From positions 189,593-253,592 of IMG/VR virus record IMGVR_UViG_3300020577_007233: a stretch of 64,000 bases of DNA; one strand, given 5' to 3'. The notes under the pieces are model-generated. The model was given only the letters and a program-made list of their open reading frames with translations. It did no database searches and was not told the origin of the DNA. Position numbers and translations under genes: made by a program. Of the stretch, positions 20,693 to 29,733 are shown in pieces; the stretch's first letter is position 1; each line of letters opens with the position of its first letter. The stretch comes from a virus (Duplodnaviria > Heunggongvirae > Uroviricota > Caudoviricetes).

Positions 20693-21370
20693 GTGAAAGA
20701 GGAATGTTTCACATATATCCGAAACACTGTAGTAGGATTTCATAATGGAAAGTTTACTATGAGATGGTACGATAGAGCAATACCCAAGATAAATGACATC
20801 ATGCCTTACCTAAAGGAGGCTGCTAAGTCTATTTCTGGAAGCAAGCAAGTGAAAAACGTATATGCTTGGGGTTCTGTCGCAGAAAACTTCGAGAACAAAG
20901 AATCTAGAGTGAAAGACATTGACATACTGATTGAATGTAACTTTGATTCTGGAGATTTACTGGCAATAGACAATAGCTATAACGGCGCTTTGAAGATCGC
21001 AAAATCTGAACTTGAAGATTTGGGATTCAACCCAGATGCCGTTTCTTTTACACAATCCCTACTAAAACTCAAGGCTCCATCCATTGATTTTTGGGCTATT
21101 TCCAAAGACAAAAAACTTCTTCACTGGGGTCCAATTACAGAAACCATTGAAGAATGGAAGCAGGTTAGAAAAGAAGCTGAGGTTAGAGCAGAAGAAACTA
21201 CTAAGCTTACAAAGAAAGAAGTCTTAGCAGCATCTGAATTTGATCGCAAGAAGTGGCACGAAGCCTACGAAAAGTACATTCAAGATTATGCAAATGGATG
21301 TCCGCAAGGATGGTACGCCTCTCAGAACAATGTCGATAAAGTCTTCGAGAAAACAACAAAACTCTCGTAA
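20693..21370 (+). CDS. Nucleotidyltransferase-fold (Pol-beta superfamily) protein
   Basis: A minimal NTase motif, AWGSVAENFENKESRVKDIDILIE, of the form hG[GS]x9-13DhD. The true start may be the internal Met at 20759. Confidence 0.4.
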   Translation: MKEECFTYIRNTVVGFHNGKFTMRWYDRAIPKINDIMPYLKEAAKSISGSKQVKNVYAWGSVAENFENKESRVKDIDILIECNFDSGDLLAIDNSYNGALKIAKSELEDLGFNPDAVSFTQSLLKLKAPSIDFWAISKDKKLLHWGPITETIEEWKQVRKEAEVRAEETTKLTKKEVLAASEFDRKKWHEAYEKYIQDYANGCPQGWYASQNNVDKVFEKTTKLS

Positions 21371-21376
21371 GTCAAT

Positions 21377-21796
21377 ATGACAAAGCATTTCTGTCCAATT
21401 TGCTCTTCTAAAGAAGTTTCAATAGTAAATAGTCATCTCTTTTCATCTATAAGATGCAAAGAGTGTCTTCATGAAACAATCTTAGCAAAAGAAGAGAATT
21501 TGCATAAATTCGTAGCCAAAACGCTCAAGAACAACAATATATGCCCCAAGGCGTCTCCTCAAGCCGAAGACATTATCGAATATTCATACTGCCCATATTG
21601 GGCAACAATGAAAGCGTTTAGAAATCTTTCAACTATACGCATAAGAAAAAGAACGCCCAACCTACTAATGATTCAAACGTTCTCTGATAAAAGCGTGAAA
21701 ATCTTTGCCAACAACCTCAAGGTTCCGTTTACAATGACTGAGACTGAAGATTTCTACTACATAGACATTCAGTTATCGTCTTCATCTTCGTCGTAA
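21377..21796 (+). CDS. Cys-rich (zinc-binding) hypothetical protein
   Basis: CPICSS...CKEC pairs. Confidence 0.4.
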   Translation: MTKHFCPICSSKEVSIVNSHLFSSIRCKECLHETILAKEENLHKFVAKTLKNNNICPKASPQAEDIIEYSYCPYWATMKAFRNLSTIRIRKRTPNLLMIQTFSDKSVKIFANNLKVPFTMTETEDFYYIDIQLSSSSSS

Positions 21797-22125
21797 CTAT
21801 CTGAGTATATGTCATCTTCCTCAGACTTTAGTATGTATCTGTTTTGCCAGTCGGTTTCAAGAAAACCAACATGCTCATCTGTTATGAACTCAAGAACTAT
21901 ATCATTGATGTAAAAAGCCATCTCTTCATTAGTTGTGTAGCATGATACTTCTGGAATACCAACACAACCTCGTCTTTCAGAGAAATAGCCAAGGACTAGA
22001 TTGTTGATAGCTTTGGACTTTTCTAACCCTGACTGCTCAGAACCCTCCAATTGAAGAAAGTAGTCCCGCAACCGGATCAAAGCAACAATGAATTCTTTTT
22101 CCCACTCTATTCTTGTTTTAGCCAT
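21769..22125 (-). CDS. Hypothetical acidic protein
   Basis: 118-aa ORF with an acidic C-terminus. Confidence 0.4.
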   Translation of the reverse strand: MAKTRIEWEKEFIVALIRLRDYFLQLEGSEQSGLEKSKAINNLVLGYFSERRGCVGIPEVSCYTTNEEMAFYINDIVLEFITDEHVGFLETDWQNRYILKSEEDDIYSDSYDEDEDDN

Positions 22126-22201
22126 ATCTCATTATCGAACAAAGAAAGTGTAGGGCTTTAGTTGGTAGGGAAATTGTCGATAGAACAATACAGGAAACGC
22201 C

Positions 22202-22690
22202 ATGATTACAAACTTTGTCTCATCAACGTTAAGCCTTGTAAAGGCCATTTTTCTCAAGAACCAACCTTCTCAAAAGGATCAGCCTATTCAAGAGGTTCAA
22301 CTCCCTGAAGAGAAGCTCATAGAGCCTGTGTCTATTGCGGAAATCGCTCAGGAGTTGCCGCATAAAGACAAGGTTATGTTTCAACCGAATACCCTCATCG
22401 CTACCAATAGCCATGATTTTCCCAACAACGAAAGAACCAATCTTGGTCCTCAACCACCATCTCAGCCTCAACAAAAGCATGTAATAACCATAGAATGCGA
22501 TTCTGACGCAGTTAGGCACATACAAAATCTTTGCAGGTTCTTTGAAATCAATGAGCTAGATGCATTGGCTAAAGGGCTTTGGCTCCTAACGGTCGCAAGA
22601 GATGTAGAAATCAATAATAAGAAGCTTGGGGTTATCTCTGTAGACAAAAACGGTCTTATTGTTGAGGTTTCTCCTATTAACATAGTATGA
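22202..22690 (+). CDS. Hypothetical protein
   Basis: 162-aa ORF. Confidence 0.4.
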   Translation: MITNFVSSTLSLVKAIFLKNQPSQKDQPIQEVQLPEEKLIEPVSIAEIAQELPHKDKVMFQPNTLIATNSHDFPNNERTNLGPQPPSQPQQKHVITIECDSDAVRHIQNLCRFFEINELDALAKGLWLLTVARDVEINNKKLGVISVDKNGLIVEVSPINIV

Positions 22691-23355
22691 ATCTTCAATT
22701 CTCAACATGCGCTATGTGTAGACCAGAGGTAATTGAAGAGACCTACCGTTCATGGACAAGTAAAATGAAAGGCGTCTCTTACAAAGAAATGACGCTCTTT
22801 CTTGATGTCGCTCCAATACCAAAAGAAGACATAATGAAAAGGGAGACCGTTGTAGAAATTGCCAAAAGCTACTTCGGTAATGTTATCGTAAACCTACCAG
22901 AGGAAAGAAATTTCTCTAAGGCTATGAAATGGTGCTGGTCTTCCGCAAACGCAGACTATCTTTTTCATCTTGAAGACGATTGGCGTCTTGAAAGAGAATT
23001 TCACATCAACGAACTCTTCTCTATAATGGAGAACAATCCTAAGATTTTACAAGTTTCTATTAGACATCACTCGGCTGATTGGAGAGGAGTGACTTTTTGC
23101 CCAGGACTTCTCAAAAAAGCCTATTACAAAACATTTGCCGACAAGTTTGTTGACAAGAAGGACGAAAAGGTATACATGAGTTACGAGGCAAATCCTGAAG
23201 CTCTAATGAGAAGAATTCAGTGGGATGTTGGTATATCTTATGACAATGCCGTACTATACCCTGAAGAAGTTATCGTTAGAGACATAGGTGAGGCCTGGAA
23301 AAAGCAAAGAGCCTTTTTCAGTCAAACGTATCTGTCTCAGTATAAGAGCGAATAA
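22687..23355 (+). CDS. Hypothetical protein (possible GT-A-like glycosyltransferase)
   Basis: 222 aa. An HLEDDW motif is faintly DXD-like, which is weak evidence. Confidence 0.35.
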   Translation: MNLQFSTCAMCRPEVIEETYRSWTSKMKGVSYKEMTLFLDVAPIPKEDIMKRETVVEIAKSYFGNVIVNLPEERNFSKAMKWCWSSANADYLFHLEDDWRLEREFHINELFSIMENNPKILQVSIRHHSADWRGVTFCPGLLKKAYYKTFADKFVDKKDEKVYMSYEANPEALMRRIQWDVGISYDNAVLYPEEVIVRDIGEAWKKQRAFFSQTYLSQYKSE

Positions 23356-24027
23356 ATGAGAAGGCAGTTCGACTTTATCATTACTGGAACGCCGTTTTGC
23401 GGGTATGCTGCAACCGCTAAAGTTCTCAACGATATTGGTATTGGCTGTTCTGTTGAAAAGAGCATAAACGATTGGTGGGCAATGATGGACCTTGATCCCA
23501 AGAACGAAATCGAAGGCGATTGCTCTTGGTTTGCAGCGCCATATCTTGACTTTTTCAAAGACTCAACAATCATTCTTCATCAAACAGTAAATCCCTCAAG
23601 GTTTATTGAAGAGGCTGAACGATCTAGGCTTTTTAACAACTGGGAAACAGACTATCTCTACTCGCACAAAACAGACTTCTCTGCCAATAAGTTCATCAAG
23701 TACCAGGGACGGGAATGGAATTGGCCCAACAGCACAAGAGAGCGAATAGAACTCTTCTACACTAAGTGGAACCTTCTAATAGAAGAAAAGGCCCAAGGCA
23801 AAAAGTACATGAGATATCGAGTAGAAGACTTCGGAGAAGAACTTCTTGAAAGAATCTGCTGGTTTCTAGGTACTAGCTTCTCAGGAAAGAACGTGGGAAG
23901 ATTCGCAAAAAGTTCTTCCCTAGACATAAGCAAAGCTCTTGAAACCAATCAAGAACTCAAGAACATTTGCTTTAGATACGATTATTTGCCGTTCTCTGAC
24001 AAGAGCTTGCCATTCAATACAGCATAA
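23356..24027 (+). CDS. Hypothetical protein
   Basis: 223-aa ORF that abuts the previous gene. Confidence 0.4.
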   Translation: MRRQFDFIITGTPFCGYAATAKVLNDIGIGCSVEKSINDWWAMMDLDPKNEIEGDCSWFAAPYLDFFKDSTIILHQTVNPSRFIEEAERSRLFNNWETDYLYSHKTDFSANKFIKYQGREWNWPNSTRERIELFYTKWNLLIEEKAQGKKYMRYRVEDFGEELLERICWFLGTSFSGKNVGRFAKSSSLDISKALETNQELKNICFRYDYLPFSDKSLPFNTA

Positions 24028-24566
24028 CATAGCTCAACAAAACGAAGCATTGAAAAATCTGATTTCATTTTGTTTATATCCTTATGAACCCATTGTATAT
24101 TTGACTTTGTGTAGCCTTTAGAAGAATCTATCCTATCCAAAGAAGCTGTTGTATACCCGTTTTTATGTTCTTCTATAGAATTTGCAAAAACAATAGGCAA
24201 TCCCGATATTCCACATTTCTTATTTTGTTTCTCGTATATTGATTGTAAATAGTCTCTGTCTATATCTTTATCAAACTCTATTTTTCTTAACTTTGCGCTG
24301 TGTTTAATATGAGCATAAAAAACGCTAGATATTTTCCCATTTAGTTTGCGTTCTTTTGCTTTACACTTTCTGCATTGACTACTTTTACCAGACAATAAAT
24401 GATCTTGTATAACAATTCTTTTTAACCCACACTGACACTGGCATTCCCATTGTTGTGTATATCTTGTTTTTTGGCGTCTTTTATCAAAAGACTCTAAAGG
24501 CTCTACCTTTTTCAGAACACTCCATTTCCCGTATTTTTTGCCCAATAAATTCTTAGCCTTACTCAC
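23982..24566 (-). CDS. HNH homing-endonuclease-like protein with N-terminal Cys cluster
   Basis: An HNH core (TASLDRIDSSKGYTKSNIQWVHKDINKMK) plus CQCQCG...CRKC. Confidence 0.7.
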   Translation of the reverse strand: MSKAKNLLGKKYGKWSVLKKVEPLESFDKRRQKTRYTQQWECQCQCGLKRIVIQDHLLSGKSSQCRKCKAKERKLNGKISSVFYAHIKHSAKLRKIEFDKDIDRDYLQSIYEKQNKKCGISGLPIVFANSIEEHKNGYTTASLDRIDSSKGYTKSNIQWVHKDINKMKSDFSMLRFVELCYAVLNGKLLSENGK

Positions 24567-24609
24567 TGTAGTCTCCTATCAACACAAAGCTTATAGTGAG
24601 ATTACAAGT

Positions 24610-25077
24610 CTAGTGCTGAGAATCCTTCTTTGAGTGGCTGGAAAGCAAAATTCCCTCCAAATGATCGATTTCGTGCTGAGCGCAGCGAGCCTCAAGTTCT
24701 TTCATGTGTTCTTGAACGATTTTGCCTTCAAGATCTGTATACTTGATAAGAATGAACTTATCCCTGGTTACGCTCTGAGTAAGACCAGGCTCAGATAAGC
24801 AGCCCTCGTTTTCAGTGTAAGGGTGACACCGATGAATAATGACAGGATTGATGCAAACTTTGGGCTTCTTCATCTTCCCTAGCTGCATAACAAACATACG
24901 AAGAGAAACTCCCGCTTGGTTGGCTGCCAAACCAATACCACCATGATTCTTCATGATTTCAAGCATCTTCCCAGCGATGTCTTTCACATTATCTGACGAT
25001 TGCACCTCAGCGCAACGAGTCTGAAGGATATCGGCAGGCGCGTAAACAAGAGCCATCTTTGATGTGTCTGTTTCCAT
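24610..25077 (-). CDS. def: Peptide deformylase
   Basis: All three PDF motifs are present: GIGLAANQ, EGCLS and HEIDHL. Confidence 0.85.
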   Translation of the reverse strand: METDTSKMALVYAPADILQTRCAEVQSSDNVKDIAGKMLEIMKNHGGIGLAANQAGVSLRMFVMQLGKMKKPKVCINPVIIHRCHPYTENEGCLSEPGLTQSVTRDKFILIKYTDLEGKIVQEHMKELEARCAQHEIDHLEGILLSSHSKKDSQH

Positions 25078-25125
25078 GATTTTGTTCCAGTTTGCCGATA
25101 CCTTCTTTGGTTAGTCGCAAAAAGG

Positions 25126-25923
25126 TTGCGACTTGTTCAAAGGAGTATAGGTATGCTTACAGTTCGTTGTCCAATTAGGTTTCCACAATTAGTCTTCGTC
25201 GAAGAGATCAACTTCCCAACAAATGACAGTAAGGCACCGCTTTATCGTCTTGACTGGTCGAAGTTTGAAGACCACCACAAAGAAAAACATGAGGCTTGGA
25301 ACAAGAAATGGTATCCATCGCAAACGATACCAGCGGCAGATTTCGTGCCTGAAGAGTACAGAACTATTGACTCCATGCACTATTTGCTTGATGGCAAGTA
25401 TATAGATGAGATCAATCGTTGCTTCCGTCAAGCATTCGATGAGTGGCAACAAAACAAACCGTTTGATACAGTCATAAGATTAGTTACTCTTGATATACAA
25501 AAAGCCTACTTGTATGTAGGGTTCAAGCTGCTTTGCGACTGTATGTTCAGCAAGAAAACAGATTTCTATGAAAGAGGAGTTCTAAAGACTATTGCTCCTC
25601 ACTATTTTCTTGTCCGTTTTTGGCAGCACAATGTTGGAACGAGTCACGTTTACGATTTCTCGATGCTTAACAAGCTAAAAGAAAGAAAGTCCTCAGACGT
25701 TGATGGTATCGTAATAAACAACTTCGTAAATGAAGTTGAAAAGAAGATACTTGAAAGAGAAACCAACGTTTATTCTCTAATAGTACCCGAAAACCAAAGG
25801 GCTGACATAGATAAGAGTCTGGAAGCTGTAAAACAAGAGTTCTACGAACAGGGTATCATCTCGTATTCAAACTCTCGCGGTTCAACAGGTTCGAAAAACG
25901 CAAAATCAAAGGCTAAGAAGTAA
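25126..25923 (+). CDS. Hypothetical protein
   Basis: 265-aa ORF followed by a terminator hairpin. Confidence 0.45.
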   Translation: MRLVQRSIGMLTVRCPIRFPQLVFVEEINFPTNDSKAPLYRLDWSKFEDHHKEKHEAWNKKWYPSQTIPAADFVPEEYRTIDSMHYLLDGKYIDEINRCFRQAFDEWQQNKPFDTVIRLVTLDIQKAYLYVGFKLLCDCMFSKKTDFYERGVLKTIAPHYFLVRFWQHNVGTSHVYDFSMLNKLKERKSSDVDGIVINNFVNEVEKKILERETNVYSLIVPENQRADIDKSLEAVKQEFYEQGIISYSNSRGSTGSKNAKSKAKK

Positions 25924-25927
25924 CAAA

Positions 25928-25958
25928 GAAGGCATCCGAAAGGGTGCCTTCTTATTTT
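25928..25958 (+). terminator. Intrinsic terminator hairpin (may also act on the convergent minus-strand gene)
   Basis: Stem GAAGGCA-loop-TGCCTTC followed by TTATTTT. Confidence 0.6.
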
Positions 25959-26143
25959 CCCTTATTGTTTTGTTGTTGATTTACGAAACCCCAAAGACTT
26001 TTGGGATGTTCGTTTTTATTGCTTTGGTTTAGATGCTTGCGAAGCGTTTCCCAATTGATGTTTGATGGCGTGTTCTGATTAACCTTGTTTATCGTTGAAC
26101 GGTTAAGGTTTCTAACTTCTTCATGCTGGTCTTTGTTGTCCAT
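25952..26143 (-). CDS. Hypothetical N/Q-rich small protein
   Basis: 63 aa. A strong RBS, GGAG, sits 7 nt before the ATG. Confidence 0.4.
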   Translation of the reverse strand: MDNKDQHEEVRNLNRSTINKVNQNTPSNINWETLRKHLNQSNKNEHPKSLWGFVNQQQNNKGK

Positions 26144-26848
26144 AGAATTTCTCCTTATACCATCAATTCGTCATTATTGTAAGAATTCCTACACCAATGT
26201 TTATTCGATTTTTCTTTATAGGCGCACTTTTTCATTGATGCAGGGAGTTGTCTTCCATTGCGTTGTTGCTTTGTTGCTTCATTGCAATATTGGCTCGCCT
26301 TGCGGCTCGCAGTTGTCATCATGCGTTGCATGATTCCAACTCAACATTTTCTTATTGCTTGTTGCTCAATGTTTCTTTGCAATGCGCCAATGCGCTTTGC
26401 GCCATGCGCAAGCCCCTTTCAGTCGATTCTAGAATCTTCAATAAAAAGAAACCAGAATCAACTGAAAGTTTCCCTACCAGCCAAGGTAGGTTGCTAAGTT
26501 GATCTTTTAAGGTCGGCGTTAAGACTTAGCTTTCATTCAGTCTACCGTCTTCTTACGTCTAAATAGCTCATGAAATGGGGGACAAAGTGAGCTAAGCAAC
26601 TAGCCTATTACGGCTGAAGAAACAGAAAACAGAGCTTCTATATTGACTGTTACCGCCCTTTGTGGGGCAATCTCAACTCTTCGACGGAGGCCAGAGTCAG
26701 CCTAATCATTTGTCCAGCACCCATAGGTGAGCGGTAGGGATGATTACCCTTTTGACAATCAGAGGCTGTTTTAGAAGAAGACCGCCTCTTGCTTAGAGCG
26801 AGGTATCGGCACAATCCTGTCTAAAACTCCACCTTCACACCAAAAACA

Positions 26849-26875
26849 AAAACCCCGCAAACAGCGGGGTTGTGT
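26849..26875 (-). terminator. Intrinsic terminator after the acidic-peptide gene
   Basis: On the minus strand, the hairpin CCCCGCTGTTTGCGGGG is followed by TTTTTGTTTTT. Confidence 0.65.
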
Positions 26876-27037
26876 TTAGATATCGTCATCGTCTTCGTCG
26901 TCATCAAATTCGTCGTAACTGTCGTCGTCACCAAAGTCATCAAACTCTTCGTCATCTTCGAAGTCGTCGAGTTCATCATCAAACTCGGAATCTTCCATCT
27001 CTGCGTCATTCTCTTCATCAAAAGGCTTCTTTCCCAT
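26876..27037 (-). CDS. 53-aa hyper-acidic protein (about 60% Asp/Glu)
   Basis: Hand translation gives MGKKPFDEENDAEMEDSEFDDELDDFEDDEEFDDFGDDDSYDEFDDDEDDDDI. A GGAG RBS lies 7 nt upstream. It is absent from the ORF track because it is under 60 aa. Confidence 0.5.
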   Translation of the reverse strand: MGKKPFDEENDAEMEDSEFDDELDDFEDDEEFDDFGDDDSYDEFDDDEDDDDI

Positions 27038-27049
27038 TGCTTTCTCCTT

Positions 27050-27769
27050 TCAGTCTTGTTGTAACCGGGACAACTCTCCATTGATATTTACAAGAGCAAC
27101 AGAGTTCAGTTTTTCGAATTGCGGGCTTAGGAAGATTTTTCCTTTCTTCATTTCCAAGAATTTCTTAAGGAAATCGGCTCTTCCTTTTCTCCATTGTTCG
27201 TCTGTATACATGCTGTATTCAGCACGAACCCCTTCAACAAGTTTCATGTAGGCATCAAAATCGTCAACCCCGAACCGTTGAAGATCAACGTCCACCAACA
27301 AATTTGCTTCTAAATCTTCCGGCGGCGGAGGGCTGTTGTGTTTGGTAAAGAGAATCAGTTCCGAGATTCTAGAAGCTTGAACAGAAGTCCAACCTGCGTC
27401 CATTAGATCGTTATAGCAGAGAACTGCGCTGCTCTTTTCGTTATCTATATTGCTAACGGCTTTATATACTCTATCGTGGTTGAACCATGCAAGAAGAACA
27501 TGGTTCATGTTCCCCTTAAAAGAAGACTCAACATCGACTAGGGCCTTCACTCCTTCTCTGATGTGTTCAAAATCATGCCACTTTCTAGGAGTCCCTTCAG
27601 CAATTGGTTCCTCATATTCCCTAGTAAGGACATTGTACATTCTTACGGTGTGACTTATTTTGTTGAGATGCAATCCTGCATTCACTGCTCTATCAAAAAC
27701 GTAGTACAAGAAACCGTTTTCGTAAAACGTTTCAATAAGAGGGTGAGATTTCTTTTCAAGCATTCTCAT
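27050..27769 (-). CDS. HD-domain-like phosphohydrolase (tentative)
   Basis: H...HD...D spacing (ISHTVR; AWFNHDRVY; DVDLQRFGVDD). Its start overlaps the stop of the CoaD-like gene. Confidence 0.4.
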   Translation of the reverse strand: MRMLEKKSHPLIETFYENGFLYYVFDRAVNAGLHLNKISHTVRMYNVLTREYEEPIAEGTPRKWHDFEHIREGVKALVDVESSFKGNMNHVLLAWFNHDRVYKAVSNIDNEKSSAVLCYNDLMDAGWTSVQASRISELILFTKHNSPPPPEDLEANLLVDVDLQRFGVDDFDAYMKLVEGVRAEYSMYTDEQWRKGRADFLKKFLEMKKGKIFLSPQFEKLNSVALVNINGELSRLQQD

Positions 27770-28275
27770 TTTCTGTGTTTTGATTCAAGTGCTTCAGCGA
27801 TTCGTTCAGGAACGTACTGCCTTATTTCTTTTTGCCAACCTTCGTAACCGATAAGGCTTTTCACGAAGCTGCTGGAAACAACAGAAAGATGATGAGGCGG
27901 CGTTACCATGATTGTCTCAACATCAAAACCCCTACTGTTTGCCATTTTCCTGTTGATCTCAGCCATTGTTGATTCAACAGAAAAGTCTTCGGCATTTCGG
28001 ACTCCTCTCAACAAGTGAGTCGCTCTTTCTTGCCGGATAAAATCAACCAAGTAGTTCGGTCCAATCGTCTTGACTACAGCGCCTTTGGGAACGCAAGACG
28101 TAGCCATAGACGCTCTTTCTTCGGCTGTAAAGAGGTATCTTCCAACCTTGCTGGGATTTACGGCAATACAGACAATAAGCTCATCAAAAAGCTCAAGGCC
28201 TTGCTGAACAACCCAAAGATGACCAAAGGTTATGGGGTCAAGACTTGCGGCGTAAATGGCTTTTGTTCTGCTCAT
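27766..28275 (-). CDS. coaD: Phosphopantetheine adenylyltransferase-like nucleotidyltransferase (CoaD family)
   Basis: Collinear with E. coli CoaD: AIYAASLDPITFGH matches AIYPGTFDPITNGH. Further matches are IAVNPSK...FTAEERA, ATHLLRGVRNAEDF and VSSSFVKSL. Confidence 0.75.
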   Translation of the reverse strand: MSRTKAIYAASLDPITFGHLWVVQQGLELFDELIVCIAVNPSKVGRYLFTAEERASMATSCVPKGAVVKTIGPNYLVDFIRQERATHLLRGVRNAEDFSVESTMAEINRKMANSRGFDVETIMVTPPHHLSVVSSSFVKSLIGYEGWQKEIRQYVPERIAEALESKHRK

Positions 28276-28309
28276 TCCCTATTTTAGAGCAGAATTTCTT
28301 CACAAAAAA

Positions 28310-29224
28310 CTACAGCAAAGCTTCATCATCTGGAAACTCGGACGTTTCAGAAGCAGGAGTGTAGCAGATTATGCCTGCATCCAGAGCCTCGCCTGCAACA
28401 ACCGTATACAGTGCTATTGCCTTGACTTTTGCAGAACCAGTTATAGAGCGATATGACTCAACCATCCATTTGATAGAAAGGTCTAGTTCTCTCATGGAAG
28501 AGAATCGCACGCTGTTTATCTCAAAAAAGCTTCCAGGAGGAACAACATCTCCTGCTTTTGACATAGTACCATGATAGCTATTTCTAGTTGGAGCGGTATA
28601 GTGACTAGCATTAAACCCCTCGCTAGCAGGAAGCATAATAAGAACGTTTTTGCTTGAGTTTGGAATAGGAACTTTCCTTCTCTCAAACTGCATAACCTCG
28701 TTCTTTTCGATCTCGCAAAGACCAACCTCTTTAGGGTTGAGAGACATTTCCTCAGCTACGGCTTCCCATAGGTCATAAGCAATCGGTTGTTGCGGTTCAG
28801 TTCTTATTGTTTTGATTCCAAGACTATGAAAGATGGGATGCTTTGGGCGACCGTTCGTTGCTCCGACAGCAAAAGAGCGAACACCAGAAGCGTCCACAAA
28901 GCGGTAGACAAAAATTCGAACAAACGGAGCAGGTTCCGCTCCGATTGAGGCCTTTATCATTGATGAGAGCTTTTGAGCAAGATTGGTCATTCTTTTCATA
29001 AGCTGCTCTGCGTCTCTGCACTTTATGAACGGTGCATAAAAACAGCCAGCCGTAGATTCCCTGTTGGAATGAATGACAGTATTACTGTCATCAAGAACTG
29101 TTCCAAAAAAAGTAGTGTCAAAGCTGATTGGGATCTCTTTGTATCCCTCGCCAACAGAATCAACATCGGTGTAAATCTGTTCGCTATTAACGCCAGCTAT
29201 CTCTTTGTACTGCGTTGTACTCAT
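28310..29224 (-). CDS. Hypothetical protein (operon partner of ABC ATPase)
   Basis: The start is taken at Met28 (MSTTQYKEI), giving an ATGA overlap with the upstream gene's stop. Confidence 0.45.
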   Translation of the reverse strand: MSTTQYKEIAGVNSEQIYTDVDSVGEGYKEIPISFDTTFFGTVLDDSNTVIHSNRESTAGCFYAPFIKCRDAEQLMKRMTNLAQKLSSMIKASIGAEPAPFVRIFVYRFVDASGVRSFAVGATNGRPKHPIFHSLGIKTIRTEPQQPIAYDLWEAVAEEMSLNPKEVGLCEIEKNEVMQFERRKVPIPNSSKNVLIMLPASEGFNASHYTAPTRNSYHGTMSKAGDVVPPGSFFEINSVRFSSMRELDLSIKWMVESYRSITGSAKVKAIALYTVVAGEALDAGIICYTPASETSEFPDDEALL

Positions 29225-29733
29225 GACACTCTCCCATATTCGTTGATTGCAACAGAATCGAGATTGTTGGTAACTTCTTTTTCGCAACTCGCAAAAAAGA
29301 TACACAGAGATCTCATTAACATCTGCTTAGCCGCTTCGTCTGAGTTTGTTCTAAGTAGCTCTATCTTTGAGTATTTGGAAGTCGCAAAGATAGTGTCTTC
29401 AACAAGTTCCAGTTTAACTGTAACACCAGAACACAGGAACTCTTGAAGTTTTTCAGAGAAGTCAGAATCAATGTCGCTTTCGCAATTAACCTTTTTCCCA
29501 AGATAAGCCAAACCAGCGGCAACAATTGTCTGCGCCCTAGTCTTGTCAAAATATGAAGGAGCAACAAGAAAAACCAACGGATTGTGGCCCGTTTTCTCTG
29601 AATAGACCTTCAAAACCATGTTTTTGACAGACGAGCAGATGCTGAACTCGTTTCGAGCAGCAAAAGCATCTTTATAGGCGTAAATCAGCTTGTTTAGGCT
29701 TTCAAAACGGTCTTTGGTCATATATCGCCTCAA
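29221..29733 (-). CDS. Hypothetical protein (operon partner)
   Basis: 170 aa with 4-nt overlaps on both ends. Confidence 0.45.
   Translation of the reverse strand: MRRYMTKDRFESLNKLIYAYKDAFAARNEFSICSSVKNMVLKVYSEKTGHNPLVFLVAPSYFDKTRAQTIVAAGLAYLGKKVNCESDIDSDFSEKLQEFLCSGVTVKLELVEDTIFATSKYSKIELLRTNSDEAAKQMLMRSLCIFFASCEKEVTNNLDSVAINEYGRVS

Noticed and set aside
26560-26840. A tmRNA or tRNA call in the long non-coding stretch.
   Set aside because: I could not find a T-arm (GTTCRANYC), an acceptor pairing with a CCA end, or a tag-peptide frame ending ...AA-stop.
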